A stretch of DNA of 32,000 nt from Promethearchaeota archaeon (GTDB taxonomy: Archaea; Asgardarchaeota; Lokiarchaeia; Sigyniarchaeales; SOKP01), in the NCBI GenBank assembly GCA_030606485.1, contig JAUWGH010000004.1, positions 1 through 32,000 on the forward strand, in the 5' to 3' direction. The position numbers were made by a program, and so were the translations under genes. Below the pieces are notes generated by a model. It did not search any database. It was not told the DNA's origin and worked only from the letters and a program-made list of their open reading frames with translations. Of the stretch, positions 17,928 to 27,174 are shown one piece after another (the stretch's first letter is position 1; each line of letters opens with the position of its first letter).

Positions 17928-18569
17928 TTAATCCTGATAGCCAATAGCTCCTTTAATTTCCTCTTCAGACATTGCCAATGTATCCGTAGAATCAATTTTT
18001 TGTAGTAAATTCTTATTCTTATAATGCTCTATTATTGGTTCAGCATTTTTTTTATATACATCCAACCTGTTATTTACTGTCTCTTCAGTATCATCTGAAC
18101 GATGTTTTAATTCGGCACCACACTTATCACAAATCCCTTCCTTTTTTGGTGGTAAAGTATAGATATTATAAATCTCATTACACTTAGCGCAGGAGACCCT
18201 TCCTGTTAGCCGTTTCATGATAATATCGCGTGATACTTCCAATAATAAAAAGGCATCAATATCAGTTATTTCATCAAGGGCTTCCGCTTGTTCTATAGTG
18301 CGTGGAAAACCATCAAGTAGAAAACCATTCTCTTTTACATCATTTTGGGTTAACCTATCTTTTATCATGTCTATTACAACATCATCTGGAACAAGAGCAC
18401 CATCATCCATGTACTTTTTTGCTTTCAACCCTAATTCGGTTTTATTCCTTAAATTCTCCCGAAAAATATCCCCTGTGCTTATATGAGGTATTTTGGGTAA
18501 AATCTTTTTAATTTGTCCAGCAAATGTGCCCTTGCCACCTCCAGGGGGGCCAAATAATACATACTTCAT
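17928..18569 (-). CDS. adk: adenylate kinase, long Zn-lid bacterial type
   Basis: GPPGGGKGT, HISTGDIFR, GFLLDGFPRT..QA, lid CxxC...CxxC, RSDD. Confidence 0.96.
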   Translation of the reverse strand: MKYVLFGPPGGGKGTFAGQIKKILPKIPHISTGDIFRENLRNKTELGLKAKKYMDDGALVPDDVVIDMIKDRLTQNDVKENGFLLDGFPRTIEQAEALDEITDIDAFLLLEVSRDIIMKRLTGRVSCAKCNEIYNIYTLPPKKEGICDKCGAELKHRSDDTEETVNNRLDVYKKNAEPIIEHYKNKNLLQKIDSTDTLAMSEEEIKGAIGYQD

Positions 18570-18709
18570 ATTAAAATTTACACCAATAGCTAATATAGTT
18601 TGAATTATTAATATTTAATAATTAATATATCGTTTTTTTATAATTATTATTTACAGTTATAATAAATATTGAATATACTTTATTGCTATAAATTAAAATT
18701 AAAGAAGAA

Positions 18710-19294
18710 GTGGTTTTTTTGAGTATTGAATTAACTGAGCCAATATTTAAAGGGAGTAAAAGTCTGGAAGAGTGTATATTTGAGAGAGAAAGTGTTAGGA
18801 GTTTTAAGGATAAGGAAATTGAAAATGAAAAAATTTCCCAAATTTTATGGGCAGGTCAAGGTAAAAAAGGGTATAAAAAGACCGTCCCATCAGCGGGTGC
18901 CACTTATCCTTTAGAGTTATATATTACAATTAAAGGTAAGGGTTTTTTTCATTATAATTCTAATAAAAATCTATTGGAATTAAAAAACGATGGTGATTTT
19001 GGAAAAGATTTAGCTCAAGCATCTTTAGATCAGATGTTTATCTATGAAGCACCAATGAATATCATAATTTGTGCTGATTTCAATAGAACATGCGGTCATT
19101 ATGGTAAAAGAGGTGTGAGATACGTTTATATGGAAATTGGTCACTGCGCACAAAATATTGAATTAGAAGCGGTTGCATTGGGGTTAGCTTCCGTTCCTAT
19201 TGGTGCGTTTCATGACGATGAGGTAAAGAAAGTATTAGATTTACCTAAAAATCTTGAACCGTTATATATTATTCCTATTGGATATCAAAAATAA
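18710..19294 (+). CDS. SagB/ThcOx-family FMN-dependent dehydrogenase (nitroreductase fold)
   Basis: RESVRSF, VPSAGATYPLELY, EIGHCAQNI.LEAVALGL..VPIGAF.D. Confidence 0.9.
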   Translation: MVFLSIELTEPIFKGSKSLEECIFERESVRSFKDKEIENEKISQILWAGQGKKGYKKTVPSAGATYPLELYITIKGKGFFHYNSNKNLLELKNDGDFGKDLAQASLDQMFIYEAPMNIIICADFNRTCGHYGKRGVRYVYMEIGHCAQNIELEAVALGLASVPIGAFHDDEVKKVLDLPKNLEPLYIIPIGYQK

Positions 19295-19298
19295 AAAC

Positions 19299-19661
19299 CT
19301 ATTTCTTTAAAACCTCCTTAATTTTTTCAGCTAATTTTTCAAAATCGAAAGGTTTTTCAATAATATCAACTGCTCCAATTGAAAGTGCTTCTTCTCTAAC
19401 CGTTTTATCTGCACTAGCAAAAATAATTTTTGGGTTTTTTCCAAGACTAATAATTTCTTTTGTAGCATCAATTCCACTTTTAATCGGCATCCGATGATCC
19501 ATTAAAATAATATCTGGTTTTTCTGAAAATGATTTAAATTTCTCAACAGCTTCTTGCCCATTCTTTGCAATCCCAATAACTTGAAATCCCCAAAAACTCA
19601 ATAATTTTTGATATAGATCTCGGATTGCTCGATCATCCTCAACGATAAAAATGTTTGTTAT
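19299..19661 (-). CDS. single-domain response regulator (receiver). True start is probably a non-canonical ATA at 19661
   Basis: The frame is open upstream of the track start: ITNIFIVEDDRAIRDLYQKLL supplies the acidic pocket. Also MDHRMP (phospho-Asp), SA and KPF. An in-frame TAA lies 7 codons above the ATA with no ATG/GTG/TTG between. Confidence 0.88.
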   Translation of the reverse strand: MTNIFIVEDDRAIRDLYQKLLSFWGFQVIGIAKNGQEAVEKFKSFSEKPDIILMDHRMPIKSGIDATKEIISLGKNPKIIFASADKTVREEALSIGAVDIIEKPFDFEKLAEKIKEVLKK

Positions 19662-19665
19662 TTTC

Positions 19666-22461
19666 CTAAACCTCTGGAATTATTATAATAAAATTACTTC
19701 CTTGCGAATAATCTCCTTGAACTTTATCTTCTACCCAAATTTCTCCATTATATAGTGATATAATTTTCTTTACTAATGATAACCCCAACCCCATACCACT
19801 TGTACTCTTATCTGCTCTATAAGCCCTTTCAAAAATTATCTCTTTTTGATCATCAGAAATTCCGTAACCATTATCAATAAATTCCATTTTAAGAAATTTA
19901 CTACCCTCTTTTTTGATTTTTGAAAATTTAATGAGAATTTCAACAATGGGGCGTTCATTATATTTTACAGCATTAATTAATATGTTTTCAAATACATCTA
20001 TTAAGAGATCATTTGCTTTAATAAACAATTTTTTTTTTTCGGTCTCAATCTCTACATTAATTTTTCTCTGCTGGAAATTTTTCTTCAAAATCTCAACTGA
20101 TTCCTTTAAAATCTTACAAGCTTCTATGGGTTGTGTAAGAATTTGAGCCTTATCCAAATCAGATAGTTTTTGTACATTTGAGATCAAGGTTGCACCCCTT
20201 TTAACTTGCTCTTTTGTGGTATTAAACATACTTCTTACTTCAGGTAATATAGTTTCCTCACCTAAATAATGTGTAGCAATTTCTATTGAAGATAAGATAT
20301 TCTGAAGAATATTATTCATATCGTGAGCAATAAGATCCTTATAAAAATTAGCGCGATTATAAGCTTCGCGATAATTCTCTTGCGATTCTTTTAGTTTTTG
20401 TTCTGCTTTTTTCCTCTCTGTGATATCCTGTATTATAAATTGTATCAATGATTGATCTTCTATCTTTATTAAAGAACCATGGAGATTTGTCCATATTATA
20501 CCTCCAGTTGACCGATATAATGGAAACTCAAATGATTCTGTAGCTTCACCTCTAAGCGCTTGTTTGAACTGCTTTTCGAATAATGGTATAAGAGGTTTAT
20601 TTCTCTCATTTAATGAGAAGATTTCTCTGAAATTTCTTCCGATTAAATAATCTTTTGTATGCGTAGAAAGAAAATGATTTGTAGCAGTATTACAATCTAT
20701 AAGATTTCCTTTTAAATCCAAAAGACCTATGGAATATGGAGAACTTTCGAATAAATGACGATATTTTTCTTCGGATTCCCTTAACTTTTGTTCCCAATTT
20801 TTTCTTTCAGTAATATCCCGTATAAGACCATAAAACCCAATCTTTTTTCCTTCAGAATCACGTTTTAAATAAACAGAACTTTCAATAAATCGTTGTTGTC
20901 CATCTTTTCTAATCGGTTTAAATTCGATTATTGCTCGAGGAATATCATTTTTATAAACCATATTGAACTTCTTAAAAATGTCTTTTATATTTTCCGTATG
21001 AACCAATGTGCTATAATTCTTTCCCAATAATTCATTTTTCGTATATCCAAGATATTCAACTAATCGATTATTGAAAAATTTGAGATTTCCTTCGAGATCT
21101 ACCTCATAATATCCTTCCTGAATATTTTCAAGAATTCCTCGATATTTTTCTTCGGATTCTTTAATCTTCTGTTCCGCTAACAAACGCTCAGTAATATCAC
21201 GGCTGATTCCGAATAAGACATCTTGATCAACCCAACGGCCTTTAGTAAAAATCGTCTCAACGGGAATTATTTTCTTTTCCTTGGTAATTAATGGAATATT
21301 ACAAGAATTAATTTTACCCTCAACCAAGTCTCTGAAAATTCTAAGCGCATAATCGTGTTGTGTTGGTGGGTGAATTTTTATTATATTCATTTTTAACATT
21401 TCCTCTTCTGAATAATTTAAGGTTTTTAAAACGGAAGGATTAACACTGAGAAAGCGCCCATCGAAATTCATAACAAATATTAATTCTTGCATAGAATCGA
21501 ACAACGTTTGTAAATTTGCCTGACTTTCTCGAAAAGCTTCTTCGGTTTGCATTTTTTCTATAATTGCACCGGTCTCTTGTGCTATAGTTTGAAATATATT
21601 CTTTTCTTCGTTTGAGAAGAAATGATGATTTTTAGAGGCAATATTTATTGCTCCATAGACTTTATTTTTTACAAAAAAGGGGATACTGGCAAGGGATAAT
21701 ATTCCCCACTTTTTTGAACGCCTAGGATGAATTTTGGAATAATCATCTGTAATAAGTGGCTGCCCTTCGTTAAAAACAATATTATAAGCACCTTCGTCGA
21801 TTTTAACTCGCTTCACATCTTTAATAAAATCGGAAGGAAGCCCTTTAAAACAAGCTAATTCAGCAATCCTTGTGCTTTCATCCACTAAATAAATACCACC
21901 ACCTTCAAAATTCATCAATTCAAGGGTTGAATTTAATACATTTTCTAATAACAATGATAAATCCTTAATTTTATTTACTGTTATTATAATTCGGTTTAAA
22001 ACTTCCATCTTTCTTGCGTATTCTTTTATATTTTCTTCTGCCTTCTTGCGCTCGGTTATATCTAGAAGTGATGCTAGACTTTTTTTGGTTCTAGGAATCA
22101 TATCGATAGTTATCAATATATTCCGAATATCACCTCTTTTATTGATGAAATGAAACTCGTAACTTTTTGGAGCAATGTCAGAGGTTTTTCTGCGTGAGTA
22201 ATGATACTTTTTCATCATCTCTAAATCTTCTTTGATAACAAATTCAGTCCATTTTTTTTTCCATTCAATCTCTTCTTTTGAGTAGCCAGAGAGTTCTTCA
22301 AACTTTTCGTTTGCAAGTGAAATAGTAGTATCCTTCTCGATTATAACAGTTGCAGTTCCTGTATTTTCAAAAATAGTTCGGTATTTTTCTTCAGATTCCT
22401 TTAAATTTAGTTCCTTCTCTATTCGCTTTCTTGACTCCAAGTTTTTATCCTTTTTACTCAA
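19666..22461 (-). CDS. cytoplasmic multi-sensor histidine kinase (PAS-GAF-PAS-PAS-PAS-HisKA-HATPase)
   Basis: Repeated ESEEKYR...DITERK PAS/PAC linkers, GAF (GGGIYL...IPF...GAINIAS), H-box AHDMNNIL, NILINAVKY, DNGYGI, GMGLGL. No TM segment. Confidence 0.95.
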   Translation of the reverse strand: MSKKDKNLESRKRIEKELNLKESEEKYRTIFENTGTATVIIEKDTTISLANEKFEELSGYSKEEIEWKKKWTEFVIKEDLEMMKKYHYSRRKTSDIAPKSYEFHFINKRGDIRNILITIDMIPRTKKSLASLLDITERKKAEENIKEYARKMEVLNRIIITVNKIKDLSLLLENVLNSTLELMNFEGGGIYLVDESTRIAELACFKGLPSDFIKDVKRVKIDEGAYNIVFNEGQPLITDDYSKIHPRRSKKWGILSLASIPFFVKNKVYGAINIASKNHHFFSNEEKNIFQTIAQETGAIIEKMQTEEAFRESQANLQTLFDSMQELIFVMNFDGRFLSVNPSVLKTLNYSEEEMLKMNIIKIHPPTQHDYALRIFRDLVEGKINSCNIPLITKEKKIIPVETIFTKGRWVDQDVLFGISRDITERLLAEQKIKESEEKYRGILENIQEGYYEVDLEGNLKFFNNRLVEYLGYTKNELLGKNYSTLVHTENIKDIFKKFNMVYKNDIPRAIIEFKPIRKDGQQRFIESSVYLKRDSEGKKIGFYGLIRDITERKNWEQKLRESEEKYRHLFESSPYSIGLLDLKGNLIDCNTATNHFLSTHTKDYLIGRNFREIFSLNERNKPLIPLFEKQFKQALRGEATESFEFPLYRSTGGIIWTNLHGSLIKIEDQSLIQFIIQDITERKKAEQKLKESQENYREAYNRANFYKDLIAHDMNNILQNILSSIEIATHYLGEETILPEVRSMFNTTKEQVKRGATLISNVQKLSDLDKAQILTQPIEACKILKESVEILKKNFQQRKINVEIETEKKKLFIKANDLLIDVFENILINAVKYNERPIVEILIKFSKIKKEGSKFLKMEFIDNGYGISDDQKEIIFERAYRADKSTSGMGLGLSLVKKIISLYNGEIWVEDKVQGDYSQGSNFIIIIPEV

Positions 22462-22700
22462 TTTTAATCATCATTTTTTTATTTTAATAATACCCACATA
22501 TTAAGTTACAATTATTAAATTAAAATTTAAGTAGGAAAATAATTGAATTAGAAAATTTTGATTCTTGATCTTTATATTTAAAACAAATATTTCATATAAA
22601 GTTTAAAATTATTTTATATACGAAATTTGATTCTATTTAAAAATTTTATAAAAATTAATATAGGATATAAAGTAAGAAGAAAAAATGTAGAGATTTAAAT

Positions 22701-23492
22701 TTACATAAACAATTGCGAATATCTATCCTTTGATCCTGGTTCTTTTTGCGGTAAATGCATCTGTTGAGCTTTTTGGGCTAATTCCATCATCTTATTTTTT
22801 ATCTCTTTACCACGGTCTATCAAGTCTGAAACATCAACTCCTAATTGATATATTGTATTGAGAGCCTTAATTATTTCTGCGCCCCCTTCTGGTGTTGGAA
22901 TCTGCTGGTATGCGTCAGTAAATAAGATATATGCATCAATAGGATTATTCAAGCATTCATTTAAAATTGAGGCTTCAGGTCCTACCACTAAACCTTTAGG
23001 TATAATCTCAAAACCGAGCTTTTCAAGTTTTTCTTTTATCTCTTTCTCAGCAGCAAAAAAAACCTTAAATTTTTCGACCATTTGTAATGTTGGAATGCCT
23101 TGCAGTATTACCATTTCCTTAGCTTTTATATCTTGGGACAATGCCCAGTTGCAAATTGTCCTAGCGAGGTCAGAATAGTCTTTTGGGGTAGAAAATGGGA
23201 GATCACAAACACCAACAATTAAATTTTTATCTTCAGAATAATATAATCTAAAAGGGCGCCTTAATATCCCATCTGTAAACACTGCAATAGGCGGAAATGA
23301 ATCACTTGCAACAAACCCGATTTGTTTAATATCTTCAATTTTTTCAACTAACTCGTTAGTTACTATAGGTCCAATTAATCCAATACCTGCAAATCCCAAA
23401 ATAATTGTAGAGTTTGGCTGAATTTCTTTAGGATCAACCTCTAATACAACCCTGCTGTTTTTACCTCGCTCGCAAATATATTCCTTTGTCAT
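22701..23492 (-). CDS. PAC2-family proteasome assembly chaperone (PbaA/PbaB-like)
   Basis: GFAGIGLIGPI, P..A....G....P.RLY, GLVVGP.ASILNEC, PTPEGGAEII..L..IY.L.VDVSDL. Confidence 0.9.
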   Translation of the reverse strand: MTKEYICERGKNSRVVLEVDPKEIQPNSTIILGFAGIGLIGPIVTNELVEKIEDIKQIGFVASDSFPPIAVFTDGILRRPFRLYYSEDKNLIVGVCDLPFSTPKDYSDLARTICNWALSQDIKAKEMVILQGIPTLQMVEKFKVFFAAEKEIKEKLEKLGFEIIPKGLVVGPEASILNECLNNPIDAYILFTDAYQQIPTPEGGAEIIKALNTIYQLGVDVSDLIDRGKEIKNKMMELAQKAQQMHLPQKEPGSKDRYSQLFM

Positions 23493-23689
23493 AATATTCT
23501 CACAAAAATTTTATTTTCTAAAGAAGTAATTGTAATGAATATAATTAATTTTTTCTAATATTTCACCAAAGATGATATATAAGAATAAATTTTTATATAC
23601 TTCTTAGATGTTAAAGAAAAGGTAAATTAATTTTATTTATTAAAAAGTAATTAATATCATTAAAGTAAATAGTTGTGCTGAAAAAATAA

Positions 23690-24277
23690 ATGAATATTCC
23701 AGATATATCAAATTTAATTTATTTTATTCATTTTGGAACCCAAGAAAATATATATTTTTCTTGGAAATCAAAATATAGCCCAAAAGCTTTCATCTTTGAT
23801 TACACAATTGCAAAAGAAGCAATTAAATCCGAGATATACTTCCATTTAAATAAGGGAGATGTTAAGATCGTATATCAAAAAAAGAATAACTTTATTTATA
23901 TAATTGGGGGACATATCTCTGTTCAGTTTCAAATTCTTGAGGCATTATTGGATTATCTTTCAAAAAGATTTATGGAAATTTATGGAGATGTGCTTTTTGA
24001 TATTTTTGATATTGGTACTGATGATTTCTTTAAAGACTTTATTTTAAAAATAGAAGATACGATTAAGCAAATTCCTAATCAAGTCGGGAACGTAATTACC
24101 GCGTATTGTAGAATTTGTGGCAAATATGTAAACGTTTATGTGAAAAAAAGTATGATTGAAGATGCAGAGGATTACCCGGTCGCTTTAGTGTATATGCATC
24201 ACGGCCACTCTCTTTTGTTATATATAGATGCTGATTTCAAAGTAAGGGGTGCCGAAATTGTTTCAATTACCGGTTAA
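23690..24277 (+). CDS. Asgard-type hypothetical protein: longin-like N-terminus plus CxxC/HxxH C-terminal domain
   Basis: Beta-beta-alpha pattern IVYQKKNNFIYIIGG...QILEALLDYLSKRFMEIY. C-terminus CRICG...YPVALVYMHHGHSLLLYIDADFKVRG. Fold call is by pattern only. Confidence 0.75.
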   Translation: MNIPDISNLIYFIHFGTQENIYFSWKSKYSPKAFIFDYTIAKEAIKSEIYFHLNKGDVKIVYQKKNNFIYIIGGHISVQFQILEALLDYLSKRFMEIYGDVLFDIFDIGTDDFFKDFILKIEDTIKQIPNQVGNVITAYCRICGKYVNVYVKKSMIEDAEDYPVALVYMHHGHSLLLYIDADFKVRGAEIVSITG

Positions 24278-24776
24278 AGATTCCACCTCAGCCTTTTCCT
24301 CTAATTATTATCAATTTAGTTCCGATAAACAAGATTGGAAGATTTGGATCTTCTGCTCGAAGCATTTCAACCCATTCCTCTATTCTATAAAGTGTTTTAA
24401 TTCGAGTCAGATCAAACATTAAAAGAGCCCCGCTTGCTCCTGAAATATAAGAGTTTAATATAAATCTAAATTGCATTTCCCCTCCCAAATCCCGAAGTTG
24501 CAATTTATAAACTATCCCATCAATAATAATGTCTTCTACAAAAAATTCAACGCCAATAGTTATTCTAGTATCTGCTAAAAATTCTCCTTTTATAAATCGG
24601 TGTAAAAGTGTTGTTTTCCCAACAGCTCCCTCCCCAGCTGTAATGATTTTTTTATAAACTATTTCTTTATCTTCTATTTTAAAGATATCGGGTTGTAGTA
24701 AGGTGCCACAATTAGGACATTATTTCTTGAATTCTTTTAGTTTATGTCCGCAATTTTTACAATGTTTCAGGAACAT
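24278..24776 (-). pseudogene. double-zinc-ribbon / Rab-like small GTPase fusion, inactivated
   Basis: From the ATG at 24776: MFLKHCKNCGHKLKEFKK*CPNCGT..., G1 GEGAVGKT, G2 TIGVEF, G3 degenerate RDLGGE, G4 GTKL then an apparent frameshift to LEEKAEV. In-frame TAA at 24720-24722 and no G5. Confidence 0.85.
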
Positions 24777-24827
24777 TTTCTTACTTTATTTATCTTATTA
24801 ATATTCTTTAAGCCCATATTCAAATTA

Positions 24828-25223
24828 CTAAAAATTTAACCAGCCATATATTATGAAAATTGGTCCTATAATTACACAAAGGAGATTTATAGTTAGGTTC
24901 ATTATGGTATCACTTTTATTTGTAGTATATCCGCCTTGTTGTGCATTGAAAGATACATCTAATAAACCTAAAAATACAAGCGCGCTCCCAGAAATAATAC
25001 TGAAAAATATACCAAATCTTTCTCCCATTAAAATTCCTATAGCACTAATTATAAGAGAAGGTGTAATCCAAAATAGGTCAGGGACGGGAAAACTTCTTTC
25101 ATAGCCTAAAAATATTTCTGTTCTTTCTGGATTCCTGTTTTCTACTTTAAAAAAATAGATCCAAAACCCAATAAGTCCTACTGAAAATAAAATTTGTAGG
25201 ATTGCAATAATAATATGTATCAT
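24828..25223 (-). CDS. hypothetical membrane protein (about 4 TM)
   Basis: 131 aa, four hydrophobic segments, FLGYERSFPVPD and GLLDVSFN motifs. Confidence 0.8.
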   Translation of the reverse strand: MIHIIIAILQILFSVGLIGFWIYFFKVENRNPERTEIFLGYERSFPVPDLFWITPSLIISAIGILMGERFGIFFSIISGSALVFLGLLDVSFNAQQGGYTTNKSDTIMNLTINLLCVIIGPIFIIYGWLNF

Positions 25224-25322
25224 CTATTTAAACAACTCCAATTGAATCCTTTTTATTTAATAATTTTATAGATATAATTAAAATTAAGATTTATTTATAC
25301 TTATATACTAAAATTTTTAAAG

Positions 25323-26129
25323 GTGATAAAAATATTTGATAAATTTTTAGAAGGAAAGGGTGCCGTTATAACTGGTGCTGCTTCTGGGTTTGGAAGAGAT
25401 ATTGCCTTAAAATACGCAGAATTAGGTGCAAACTTGGTTTTAAATGACATAAATGAGGAAGGACTTGATGAAACCGCAAAAATGGTTAAATCTAAATTTG
25501 GATCCCAAGTGCTCTCTATTATAGCTGATGTGTCAATTTGGGATGAAGTAAATCAAATGAGGAAAAAAGCCTTTTCTACTTTTGATAATATATTTGTGCT
25601 AGTAAACAATGCAGGAGGAGGTGTCTCGTCTTATAAAAATATTCTTGCCAGGACAGAAGAAGATTGGCATAAAATTTTAGATATTAATTTAAAAAGTCAA
25701 TGGTTGATGGCTAAAGCGTTCTGTAGAAAAATGAAACCACAAAAATTTGAACCAATATCTGGGAAGGTAATTAATATGGCTTCAATAGCTGGTGTGCGGC
25801 CAGAAGCACAATCACCCGTGTATAGTATAGCTAAGGCTGGAATTATTGCGTTAACAAAAATATTGGCAGGACAACTCGCACCAAAAATGACGGTTAATAG
25901 TATAGCTCCTGGATACCATATAACTGGACTGTATAATGATTCAGAACAAGTATTAAAAGACGCGATGGAGGTTCAGGGTATAAAAACCCCCTTAAATAGA
26001 TTGGGAACAGTTGAAGACGTGTCAAAAGTTGCTGTATTTTTAGCTTCACCCCTCTCTGATTTCATTACAGCTGAAAATATCGTTGTAGATGGTGGCGTAA
26101 TTACAGTAGGTGTGGGAGCACATTTATAA
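25323..26129 (+). CDS. short-chain dehydrogenase/reductase (FabG-like classical SDR)
   Basis: TGAASGFG, NNAG, NMAS, YSIAK catalytic motif, VNSIAPG, VDGG. Confidence 0.93.
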   Translation: MIKIFDKFLEGKGAVITGAASGFGRDIALKYAELGANLVLNDINEEGLDETAKMVKSKFGSQVLSIIADVSIWDEVNQMRKKAFSTFDNIFVLVNNAGGGVSSYKNILARTEEDWHKILDINLKSQWLMAKAFCRKMKPQKFEPISGKVINMASIAGVRPEAQSPVYSIAKAGIIALTKILAGQLAPKMTVNSIAPGYHITGLYNDSEQVLKDAMEVQGIKTPLNRLGTVEDVSKVAVFLASPLSDFITAENIVVDGGVITVGVGAHL

Positions 26130-26379
26130 ACTAATTATAACCTAAAAATATTAATTTTTCATTTTTTCTTTTTATATAAAGGCGGAAATGAAAATTTTTT
26201 TTATCAAACGCTGGTTCTGGAAAAAAGATTCTACTTCACACTCATGAAATAATAATATATTATTGGAAATAAACAAAGGTTTAATCTGAAAAAAAATCAT
26301 CTTACATTTATTAGCTTATTCTAATAAAATATAAAAACAAATTTAAAATTTAACCTATAACTATGATTTATGAGGAAAT

Positions 26380-27162
26380 ATGTCATCAGACGTTTTACTT
26401 TCAGTTAAAGATATTTCTATTCTCTCAGAAGATAGGCAGTGTAATATTGTTGATACAATATCATTTGATGTGATGGAAGGAAGTATTCATTCGATAATTG
26501 GACCTAATGGAGCAGGAAAATCAACCTTAGGATATGCAATAATGGGAGTTTACCATCCATGTAGTGGAAAAATATTTTTTAAAGGAAAAGATATTACTGA
26601 CTTATCTATTACGGAGAGAGCAAAGAGGGGAATTACACTTGCTTGGCAGACTCCAGCTAGGTTTGATGGTTTATCGGTTTATGACTATATTGGGGTCGGT
26701 GTCAAAGATAAAAATTTAATTGAGCAAAGAGTGAGAGAAGCGTTAGAAATTGTTAATTTAGATCCAGATGTGTATATTAAGCGAAAGGTTGATGCAAATT
26801 TGAGTGGAGGGGAGAGAAAAAGGATCGAATTGGCTTCAGTAATCGCGATGCGTCCTAAGCTTGTTATTTTGGATGAAGCAGAGGCGGGAATGGATTTAAT
26901 CGTTTTAGAGTCTTTTATGGACATTTTCAATAAGATTAAAGAGCTCGGAATGACCATCTTATTAATTACTCACCGAGAAGATATTGGAATGGTTTCGGAC
27001 AATTCAACTCTGCTTTGGGAGGGTAAAGTCTTGGTAAATGGTCCCTTTCGGGAAGTTATGCTTCACTATTGTGAAAAAGCCGGGTTGAAACAGATTTGCA
27101 ATAGAACATTATTTGAGCGATTTGATCAATTCATAAATGGTATAATTAAGGATGAGACGTAG
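26380..27162 (+). CDS. sufC: SufC-type ABC ATPase of a minimal Suf-like Fe-S system (SmsC-like)
   Basis: GPNGAGKST, LAWQTPARF, LSGGERKRIELA, ILDE, ITH. Directly upstream of a SufB/D-family gene. Confidence 0.85.
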   Translation: MSSDVLLSVKDISILSEDRQCNIVDTISFDVMEGSIHSIIGPNGAGKSTLGYAIMGVYHPCSGKIFFKGKDITDLSITERAKRGITLAWQTPARFDGLSVYDYIGVGVKDKNLIEQRVREALEIVNLDPDVYIKRKVDANLSGGERKRIELASVIAMRPKLVILDEAEAGMDLIVLESFMDIFNKIKELGMTILLITHREDIGMVSDNSTLLWEGKVLVNGPFREVMLHYCEKAGLKQICNRTLFERFDQFINGIIKDET

Positions 27163-27174
27163 AGGAAGTGAAAG

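Noticed and set aside
19666-22461. Repeated DNA encoding ESEEKYR / DITERK
   Set aside because: Ordinary PAS-PAC linker homology inside one kinase gene, not an independent repeat element.
1421-24722. Stop-codon recoding (Sec at TGA 1421; readthrough of TAA 5169 and 24720)
   Set aside because: TAA and TGA end many intact genes here, the affected ORFs carry other lesions, and no SECIS-like hairpin or selenoprotein context was seen.
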